DNA from: Mobula hypostoma
Taxonomy: Eukaryota
Assembly (NCBI RefSeq): GCF_963921235.1
Contig: NC_086106.1
Span: 25,916,001 to 25,980,000, forward strand
Length of the DNA stretch: 64,000 nt
Direction: 5' to 3'
Shown here one piece after another: positions 1-9,307 of the stretch (positions are counted from its first letter, which is position 1; the number at the start of each line of letters is the position of its first letter). The position numbers and the translations under genes were made by a program. The notes below the pieces were generated by a model that was given only the letters and a program-made list of their open reading frames with translations, had not been told where the DNA came from and did no database searches.

Positions 1-935
1 CCCAAGACTAGAAATCCTGACCGGGTTGGCTTCAAGCTACCTGGGGATACAAATTGACAATAAACTGGACTGGTCAAAGAACACTGAGGCTGTCTACAAG
101 AAGAGCCAGAGCTGTCTCTACTTCCTGAGGAGACTGAGGTCCTTTAACATCTGGCGGATGATGCTGAGGATGATCTACGAGTCAGTGGTGGCCAGTGCTA
201 TCATGTTTGTTGTTGTGTGCTGGGGCAGCAGGCTGAGGGTAGCAGACACCAACAGAAACAACAAACTTATTCGTAAGGCCAGTGATGTTGTGGGGATGGA
301 ACTGGACTCTCTCACGGTGGTGTCTGAAAAGAGGATGCTGTCTAAGTTGCATGCCATTTTGGTCAATGTCTCCCATCCAAGACATAATGTACTGGATGGG
401 CACAGGAGTACATTCAGCCAGAGACTCATTCCTCAGAGATGCAGCACAGAGCGTCATAGGATGTCATTCCTGCCTGTGGCTATCAAACTTTACAACTCCT
501 CCCTTGGAGGGTCAGACACCCTGTGCCGATAGGCGGATCCTGGACTTATTTCATAATTTACATATTACTATTTAACTATTTATGATTCTATGACTATTTA
601 TTATTTATGCTGCAACTGTAACGAAAACCAATTTCCCCCTGGGATCAATAAAGTATGACTATGACTATGACTATGACCATGAAGTAGAACATTTTCTCCA
701 CTCATGAATATTTTCTTCGGTTTCGCAGAATACTGAATGCACAGCAAATTGGCTCTGCCAGTTTCCTTGTAATTGCAGCTCAATGGCACGGTCTTCTCTT
801 CTACGATCATTAAATCCCTCCTATTGGGGTCACAAAATCTGCCCCACACGTCCCTGTAACAATCCCAGAATATGTGAGCGGCGCCGGAACGCACTGACAC
901 TGCAGGATACGCTCCCACCGATGACACCGATTCAT
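1..935 (-). pseudogene. TCR V pseudogene (degenerate subfamily), split by a Rex LINE; 3' end runs off the window
   Basis: Acceptor TTACAG then GTCGADFVT, a 1-nt frameshift, then DLMIVEEKTVPLSCNYKETG...IQYSAKPKKIF. The sequence resumes at 1-36 beyond the insertion. It is paralogous to 40190-40589. Confidence 0.7.
37..684 (+). mobile_element. 5'-truncated Rex1/Babar-like LINE 3' fragment
   Basis: ORF 26-532 has YLGIQIDNKLDW...LYFLRRLRSF, typical of the C-terminal RT region. It ends in a (TATGAC)n tail. The paralog at 40331-40344 is the empty site. Confidence 0.8.
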
Positions 936-1274
936 TAAAAGAGTAGTCTATCAAAAAAATCCTCCAGTGGATGGTTGTAATGGGAACATGGTACCTTAAA
1001 TAAAGAAAAGAGAGGATCATTTGAAAATGTTATTCCAATAAAACAGAAGTGATTCAAGTAAGGAGAAGCAGAAACTCCTGAAACCTGCTCGCCAATGCTT
1101 TCTCGTGGCCCCTTCCAGCTCTCCGAATTTCTTTATTGAGCACCTTCCTGGCACCCTTGCAATCTTCTAGAGCTCTAACTGTACCTAGTTTCTTGAACCA
1201 TTCGTAACCTTTTCTTTTCTTTCTGACTAGATATGCCGCACCCTTTGAAGACCATAAGTTGCCCTCTTTCCCTA

Positions 1275-1635
1275 CCTGCTCATTGACTTCAGGTTTAGTA
1301 AGGAGGCTCCTGTCTCCATACAGGTTGCTGGGATCACAGCTTCAGAACTTCAAGGGCCTTGGAATGAACATCATCCGTAGTCTGTCCTCTGCAACAACGT
1401 TGACGCCACAAGCAAGAAAGGTCGCCAGTACCGCTACTTCCTTAGGAGGCTAAAATAAAGGGTTTGTCCTCTTCGAGCTTTCCCCATTTTTGTCCACACA
1501 CCACAGAAAGCATTCTATCTACATGCATTGCGGCTTGATACAGGAAAGGCTGTGCAATTGACCACAAGAAACTGCAACCCAGAGCTTGGGCAAAGCTCAG
1601 AGCATCGCGGAAAACAAACTCTCCCCCGTGGACTC
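1275..1635 (+). mobile_element. Degenerate Rex-like LINE fragment truncating the V pseudogene at 1636
   Basis: Closely similar to 46060-46400 and abuts the broken V exon. Confidence 0.6.
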
Positions 1636-1951
1636 CACAATCTATCTGCATCAGCGTAAGTGTAATCACAATTGAGTGTTATGGTCTATCCCTTCTCAGC
1701 TGTTCAGTCGGGAGGATCCGGCGTCACTGAATCTTTCCCAGTCGTTTCTGCAATAAAGGACACAATGCATCAACATAGCTGCTTGTATTGAACGCCGGGG
1801 AAATTCGCTGGCCACCTTCGCAGGCTCCCCAGGCAACACAGCCAATGCAATCAGTCTAAAACAGAGATTAGATTAATTTCAACTTTATTGTCGTTATGCC
1901 GAGTACAGGTACAAAGCCAATGAAATGCGTTTATTAAGAGAAGGAAAGGAT
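1636..1951 (-). pseudogene. TCR V pseudogene, 5' half only
   Basis: Start codon is ATC. The leader is interrupted by about 70 bp (1867-1935) and the donor is GT>GG. Exon 2 reads ETTGKDSVTPDPPD*TAEKG*TITLNCDY with TGA and TAG stops, as in the copy at 23405-23823. Confidence 0.85.
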
Positions 1952-4636
1952 GGTGTCTAATCTTTGTCTCGATCGAACGGCAGAGTTATTCCAGGACGTA
2001 ATTAACACTCAACAGATATTGTGGTGTGAGATCATTTCAGCACTGCCTTCACTTTGTGCAAGGCCCGGAGCGTTTCCCTGGTTAAAGATTCGCTGACATG
2101 AAGAACCGAAACCTTTCCGAGCACCGAACAGAATCAGCTTCGTTTCCATTCGTCATTCTGCTCGTTTCTCCGTTCGTTCAAGGGCTTATGCGCACCACCC
2201 CACCTCCCTCTNNNNNNNNNNNNNNNNNNNNNNNNNNNNNNNNNNNNNNNNNNNNNNNNNNNNNNNNNNNNNNNNNNNNNNNNNNNNNNNNNNNNNNNNN
2301 NNNNNNNNNNNNNNNNNNNNNNNNNNNNNNNNNNNNNNNNNNNNNNNNNNNNNNNNNNNNNNNNNNNNNNNNNNNNNNNNNNNNNNNNNNNNNNNNNNNN
2401 NNNNNNNNNNNNNNNNNNNNNNNNNNNNNNNNNNNNNNNNNNNNNNNNNNNNNNNNNNNNNNNNNNNNNNNNNNNNNNNNNNNNNNNNNNNNNNNNNNNN
2501 NNNNNNNNNNNNNNNNNNNNNNNNNNNNNNNNNNNGGAGAGATTACTGCCGATTCCCAGTTGCGCATATAGGTATATAAAAAAAGAATGCTTAATACTGA
2601 CTATAACATCGAAATAGTGACTGCTGATTCCTCTCTCGCTTTTGAACGAGCCATATCAGTCTCTCATTTATTAGTGAGAGAGAGAGAGAATGCCTGTGTA
2701 ACGATGAAATGTTGCAGTAAACAGCTAGCTTTTGTTGTACTGTAGACCAAGCCCCTCTTTGTGTTTGCGGTTGTTTCGATGGTGGTTGGTGGTGGAAATG
2801 CTGATACTATATGCTAGAATAAGTGAGAGATGCAGAAGCTGGTCAGGTTAATGCTGCTTGTCGCTGATTGTGCGAGGGATGTGACACGGGACTTTTAGGT
2901 TCTTATCTTTTTTCTGATATTGATGCTTCGTGTTTTTGTTCTGTTTTAAGAATATCTGTGGAGATTGTAAATTTCAGGCTGTGTATTTTGTACCTCTCTG
3001 ATTTCAAGCGGAACCATTGAAACAAGCTGGGCATTCGTTTCGCTGTACCCTGGTACATCTGACAACAACAAATATATAAAATACATAAACTAGTTTGATG
3101 TAACTGCGAGACTCTGCAAAGTGAAGGAATATATCAGGCTGTTCTTCATTAGTTCATTGAACATGGGTTGAGCAGGAAAGTGGCGGTGGTGGTGGACTGC
3201 AGAGCGCCTATCATGACACCCTGGCGATATCTGGTGTCATGTCCCAGAGATTCGGTTCAATTCTGACCTTCCGATGCTGTCAGCGGATACTTACGTGCTC
3301 AGTTTCCACGATTCCCGAGTTGCTGTGTTTTCCACTGCCCTAAAAAGGCGCTCTTGGTAGCACGTGCTCGTGATCGGGGATCAGTGAATGTACATATTAA
3401 GAGGAATTTGCGAAATTGGACAGATCAATCAGTTGACAATAAGACCATTAGATATAGAAACTGAAGTAGGCCATTTGGCTTGTCGAGTCAGCTCCGCCAT
3501 TTCAGAGGAGAAGATGTCGTGATGGAATTATTTGATACACTAAGCATATAATTAAAAAGAGATTTTCAAAAAGTCGAAATATACCTTTGGAAACAGATGC
3601 TATCAATTTGTGCTCCTTCGACAGTAACCGGACGTTCTCACTGTTTGTCTCTTCCATCCATGAGAAAAAAACAAAGTTCTCAAAGCGAGTTCCCATGAAA
3701 CAACAATAGACTATTCCCACTTGCAAGAGTATTAAACTGTAGCATGAAATTGAATCATAATCTTGGTATGACCTATCTCTTTATTTCCTGCCTGTGCTGC
3801 ATTTTGATACGTCTGTTACAGTTTATTTTTTTTATCCTTTTATTGTTTTACTTTGTACTACCTCGATAAGATGTGCAGTGAATTCACCTGTATAGACAGT
3901 ATCAATGCAATAACGCGACAATCATTAACAAATTCCGTTTTCAATTTAGATATGTAGCAAAATGCTACACGTGGTGATAACATCGGATCCGTTAAATCCG
4001 ACTGGGAAACCAGATTATACAAGCAATCAATCTGTTGTGATCCCATTCCCTCTCTCTTCCTTCGCTCTCTTTTATACTGAAAATGCCTACAAAAATATGA
4101 ATCTCGGGGTAGTATGCGGTCACGTATATATACTTTAATCATGAATTTAATTCAAACATTGAACCTTTTTTCTCACAGCTTAGCAATGCAACGAACAAAA
4201 TAGTATCTGAATTCTCCAACACGCTAAGCATCCGCAGGTTCTGCCTGATTATCTAAATACCCAGTATAAATCATAAGTAGCTGCTGCAACATCCTTAATT
4301 TCAGTAGCATGCCACTTGCAATTATTTGTCAATTCAAAAACGACCAATTTTCACACCCTCTGCTTTTCATCAGTCAGCCATTGTACCATTTAAATATATC
4401 ACGGTTCCACTGCGTCCTCATTATTTCACACTGCAGATACTTGAACACAGTGGCCAAAGACGATGTCAAACAAGGCTGTCAATCGTGATCAGCCGTCGCA
4501 GCAAAAGACGGTGGGTGATTGCACATTCCGGTGTCCCAGAAAGTTATAAAGCTCAGTTTGTGTCCGCGTTGTAATCAGGAACTGCTCCTCTAGCTTCGGC
4601 GCCTTCTGCTGCTGAATGCAGTGGTCTGAAGTAGGG

Positions 4637-4704
4637 CACGTGACTGTGACTGATTTCCGGGCGCGCCCTCTGCAGATTCCTCGGAAAAAGGCGCCCTCCA
4701 GTGA
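4637..4704 (-). promoter_or_regulatory. RSS-downstream module: two CTCF-like motifs plus a CACGTG E-box
   Basis: TCACTGGAGGGCGC at 4704-4691, TCTGCAGAGGGCGC at 4676-4663 and CACGTG at 4637-4642. The same order and spacing recur at other V segments. Confidence 0.65.
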
Positions 4705-4729
4705 GAGCTTTTTGCAATATACAGAACCA

Positions 4730-4768
4730 GTTTTTTGCACGGACCCGCCGTCCCCATATAACAGTGTG
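4730..4768 (-). other. 23-RSS with variant heptamer
   Basis: CACACTG (4768-4762), a 23-nt spacer, then GCAAAAAAC (4738-4730). Confidence 0.85.
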
Positions 4769-5170
4769 ATACTCGTTGCACAGAGATACATGGCAGAGTC
4801 CGACACAAGAGCTTCGCGGATATTCAATTGAGACGTCTTGCTGCCTTTCTCTGAAATACCGGTAATCCTCTCTGAATACCGCTGCGTTCCTCCTGTGCTA
4901 TATAACCTCAGCAAATAATTTGGAGGTCCTCCACTATGTTGAATGTACCAAAAGATATATGCATCAGCATTGGTGTAACTACAGTTCAGTGTTATGTTCC
5001 GTCCTTCCTCAATCGTCACTGAATCTTTCCCACTCGTTCCTGCAAGAAAGGACAAAATATATCAACAACGCTGGCTTGTATAGAATGCCGGGCAAACTCG
5101 CTAGCCAGCTTCGCTGAGACTCACCAGGCAGCAGAGCCAATGCAATCAGCAATGAACAGAGGGAAATCAT
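4769..5170 (-). CDS. TCR alpha/delta-like V segment, open frame but with two in-frame deletions
   Basis: Leader 5170-5125 MISLCSLLIALALLP, GT-AG intron 5124-5040, V exon 5039-4769 with Cys, WYIQ and DSAMYLC. It lacks 7 codons in FR1 and 3 in FR3 relative to the 26 kb paralog. Confidence 0.88.
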
Positions 5171-5306
5171 GCTGTCTAATTTCTGTCTGAATCGAACGGC
5201 AGATTCCTTCCAGGGCGTTATTATCACAACAGATATTGTGGTAGGAGATATTTTCAGCGATGCCTTTCACCTTGTGTAAAACCGGAGGTGTTTCTCTGGT
5301 TAAAAG

Positions 5307-5346
5307 ATTGGCTGACGGAAAGAACCGAGTCTTCCTGAGCACCAAT
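5307..5346. promoter_or_regulatory. Inverted CCAAT-box pair upstream of the V leader
   Basis: ATTGG at 5307-5311 and CCAAT at 5342-5346. The same arrangement is at 22155/22191 and 59575/59611. Confidence 0.55.
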
Positions 5347-5966
5347 CAGAAGCTGCTTTGTATCCATACGTCATTCTGCCTGTTTCTTCGCTCTTACAAT
5401 GTCCGGTGTTCATCNNNNNNNNNNNNNNNNNNNNNNNNNNNNNNNNNNNNNNNNNNNNNNNNNNNNNNNNNNNNNNNNNNNNNNNNNNNNNNNNNNNNNN
5501 NNNNNNNNNNNNNNNNNNNNNNNNNNNNNNNNNNNNNNNNNNNNNNNNNNNNNNNNNNNNNNNNNNNNNNNNNNNNNNNNNNNNNNNNNNNNNNNNNNNN
5601 NNNNNNNNNNNNNNNNNNNNNNACTGCTTATTCAAATGTCAGTAAGAGTTCATCTAGATATTTCCTAATCTTTATTTGCTGCTGGGCTGCCAATTTCTTA
5701 TCTACGCCAATAGACTCCCGACAGCACTTTCTGTGTAGCCGTCACTTTCTTCGTAAAAAATACCTCACATCCGGCATCTCTCTTGTAATTTGTTCCATTC
5801 GCCTCAAGATATCATCCTCTCGCATGAGCGATTTCCACCCTTAGGTCAAAGCGCTAATTGTCCACTTACTTATGCCCCTTATCATTTCATACACAGCTAT
5901 TAAGTTACCCCTAACCTTCCGTCGTTCCAAAAAAAAAAGGTCGTTGCTCCCAGAAACTGAAATGTC

Positions 5967-6172
5967 CCGTGTAATATCAAAGTTGCTGGTGAACGCAGCA
6001 GGCCAGGCAGCATCTATAGGAAGAGGCGCAGTCGACGTTTCAGGCCGAGACCCTTCGTCAGCGCCTCTTCCTATAGATGCTGCCTGGCCTGCTGCGTTCA
6101 CCAGCAACTTTGATGTGTGTTGCTTGAATTTCCAGCATCTGCAGAATTCCTGTTGTTTCCGTGTAATATCAA
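5967..6172. mobile_element. Foldback Penelope-UTR insertion with 14-bp TSD
   Basis: TSD CCGTGTAATATCAA at 5967-5980 and 6159-6172. A perfect 54-bp inverted repeat lies at 5976-6029/6061-6114. The insertion is absent from the paralog near 27495. Confidence 0.8.
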
Positions 6173-6197
6173 TGCTTTTGCGGATGTGTAACTCAAT

Positions 6198-6372
6198 TTC
6201 AACATTACGAAAACACGAGGAATTCTGCAGATGCTGGAAATTCAAGCAACACACATCAAAGTTGCTGGTGAACGCAGTAGGCCAGGCAGCAGGACTATAC
6301 CTCTTCCTAGAGATGCTGCCTGGCCTGCTGCGTTCACCAGCAACTTTGATGTGTGTTGCTTCAACATTACGA
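6198..6372. mobile_element. Second foldback Penelope-UTR insertion with 13-bp TSD
   Basis: TSD TTCAACATTACGA at 6198-6210 and 6360-6372. Inverted arms are about 46 bp. The insertion is absent from the paralog near 27550. Confidence 0.8.
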
Positions 6373-7951
6373 TTCGTTCTCCTTTAAACGTCGATGAAGA
6401 GAGATAAATCTTTCCCAGACGATTCTGAAAAAGAGGGAAAAAATGACTGAACACTCAATGCCCCCATTGCACATGCGAGACACCAGCTGACTATTTCTGC
6501 AAAGATACGCCGGGCAGCATAACCCATGTTATCGGAAAGGATCTGAAAGGACATAGTGTCTACTTTCCGGCGAGATCTCAGCCAGGTTACATTCTAACTC
6601 ACTCTGTCTCTCCCTCTATCTCTCTCTGTGCCTCTTTCCGTCTTATGTCTCTCCTGAGTCTCTGAAAGGATCTCTCTCTAATTTCCCTGTTCTTTAAACT
6701 TACGTCACTACCTGCCCCTCTATATCTGCATAATAGCACTCTCTGAACCCTATCGCTCTTGCTTTCTCCTCCAACTCTGGGTGTGTCTTGTGTTTGCGAG
6801 TTTTTAGAAACATAGAAACAGAGAAACAGAAAACCTATAGCACCATACAGGCCCTTCGGCCCACAATGCTGTGCTGAGCATGTACTTACTTTAGAAATAA
6901 CCTTGAGTACCCAGGTTTTCTTGTCCTTTTCGTACGGGGGTGGGTGATTGATGTTTTCTTTCAATTACAATATGTTTCTTGTATGCTAAGGCCATCTGCG
7001 GACGGGGCAAATTTCAGAAATGCATTCTAGATATTTATTTTGGTGGTAAAATGAACCTTTGAAACTTTGAACAATTGAAGATATATAATAATGTAACCCA
7101 GTGTTTTTCTCTGCCTTTATTTATCAAGTATTTCATTGTAATGCTGCCGAGGAAACACATTTTACGACACGTGTTGATATTAACTCCGGTTCCAAACATT
7201 TCAGGTGACTAGGAGTAAACAGACGGTACACCCACGTTAACGCCACGGCCAAGATAACTCACCAGAACTCTGTATCGCATACGACTGAAGAAAATTGACA
7301 TGTTGCCATCGGCCCGTAGAAATATTTATCAATGCTTCACGCCTTGGTATTGCAACTGCTCTGCCATGACTGTAAGAATCTGCACAGTTACAGACGCATC
7401 TGAGAAACCATGAATTTTGTCGCCTCGGTGAAGCCGCCATCTTAAATAAAAACAAAAAATAGCTTCAACAATCCCAGATATTCTCCCATTCCTATAGATG
7501 CTGCCTGGTCTGCTGCGTTCTCCAACAACTTTGATGTGTGCTGCTTGAATTTCCAGTATCTGCAGAATTCCTCGTGAGGAAGTTCCACTTGCAGCGGATG
7601 ATGCTGAAATGCTGGACGAAGCGGTCCCCAGTTTATAACAGGTCTCATTGATCTAGAGGAGCCCTATCGGGATGACTGGACACAACAGGGGACCAAGCAG
7701 ATTTGCAGGCGAAGTGTGTTTCAGCTGGAAGAACTGCTTGTGGCTCTCAGTGGTAGTGCACCCGCTGCAGCTATCAAGCCGCTTGCAGGGATCAGTGCCT
7801 GGATGAATTTAGTGGGCAGGACCAATAAAAAAGAATCGTGGAAAATATGTTCCCTGTAGAAAGCGCAGGTGCCGGGTAGGGTAGTAGGGTCCCTTCGCAG
7901 AGGGTGGACCTTAGGGCGTCCCCTAAACGAGCTCTCGTTTCATTCAGGGTG

Positions 7952-8050
7952 ATCTTTTTAAAAGATCTGCAGTCGCCCTGGTACACTATGGACTGAATGG
8001 CAAAAAGATACATGGCGGAATCAGGCTCAAAAATCCTGAGATATTTAAAT
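7952..8050 (-). pseudogene. TCR V 3' remnant with eroded 23-RSS
   Basis: LNISG..EPDSAMYLFAIQ (Cys>Phe), then CATAGTG (7990-7984), 23 nt and TAAAAAGAT. The upstream part is replaced by a CR1. Confidence 0.7.
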
Positions 8051-9307
8051 AAAATCGTGTTAAGATCAGTAGTATTGCTTTATGAAAATCTGACCCGGGA
8101 GAAGGTGATTGTGTCACATTAGGAATTGCGGAGACTTAAGGGAGACACGTGTCTGCCCGTTCCCTCGCACCCGATTGGTAATTTGCTCAAGATGTGCCTT
8201 CCACTGGCAGGGGTGCTCGCTCTGGGAAAGCTTCTCTTAGGTTTTACTTTTTCCTTCTTACTTTACCTAGTATAGTGAATGGCTGCTGTTTGTTTTTTCA
8301 TGCCAGACGTTGGAGTCCTGGGAGATCCAGAGTCTCCCGGAAAACTGCATCTGCGTGGTGTGTACCTGTCTGAAGCTCCTGGAACAACATGTTAGGGATC
8401 TGGAGCAGCAAATGAGTGCCCTTTTCGCTCCTACGGCAGAGAGAGGAGACAATAGATAGGAGTTAAAGGGAAGTAGCCACCGCGAAGCTGCAGGAGGCTA
8501 GTGGTTGGATGACTATCAGGGGAAATGGAAATGTAGTTAGCACAGACCACACTTGCGGCCATTCCTCTCAATAATAATTACAGCGTTTTCGATATTGTTG
8601 TGGGGAATGACCTCCCATGGGGAATGGTTCAGAGACCGGTTCACTGCAACAAGCATAGGTCTGTGGTGCAGATGCGATTGAGGAATGAGAAGGAAGCGAT
8701 AGCGACTCAATAATCAGGCGAACAGTCAGGAGATCCTGTGGACATAAACGCGACCACCAGAATGATATGCTGCCTCCCAGGCACCAGGGTCAGTGACTTC
8801 TCCGATCACGGACACGACATAGTTGTGAGTGAGGGACCGCATTCAGATGTCTTGGTACATTTTGGTACCAATGACATACAAAGGAAAAGCAAAGAGATGC
8901 AGAAAAGAAAATTTAGAGATCCAGCTAGAAGGCACTGAGAGTGTGTCAGGTTTTGAAGTGTGCCACGGAAGAGAGGTGAGTGCAGTTACTCTCGCAAGGC
9001 TCAAAAAGCCGGAAGACCTAAGAGTACATAAGTCACCCGTAACAGATGGACTGCAACCTCGGCTTCTGAGAGGGGTAGCGGTAGAGTTTGTGGAAGTATT
9101 ATTAATTATCGTTCAAAAATCATTGGACTGTGGCATGGTCCAGACGACTTGAAATTTGGAAATGCCACTACTCTCTTTAAGAAAAGAGGAAGACAGCAGA
9201 AAGGAAATTGTAGACCAATTAGCCTGACCTACGTGGTTGGGAATATGTTGGAGTCAATTTTTAAAGATGAGGTTGTAGAATACTTGGTAACACAGGACAA
9301 GAAAGGA

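Noticed and set aside
2098-2571. ORFs spanning N runs (also 5260-5844 and 22361-23083)
   Set aside because: They are artefacts of translating assembly gaps.
4489-4768. Read-through tail making a secreted V-only protein
   Set aside because: The tail is translated RSS and regulatory DNA. The 26 kb paralog shifts frame in the nonamer A-run, so the peptide is not conserved.
7160-7205. FGTG motif on the minus strand as a J segment
   Set aside because: There is no 12-RSS upstream, and the downstream residues come from a LINE-tail-like repeat.
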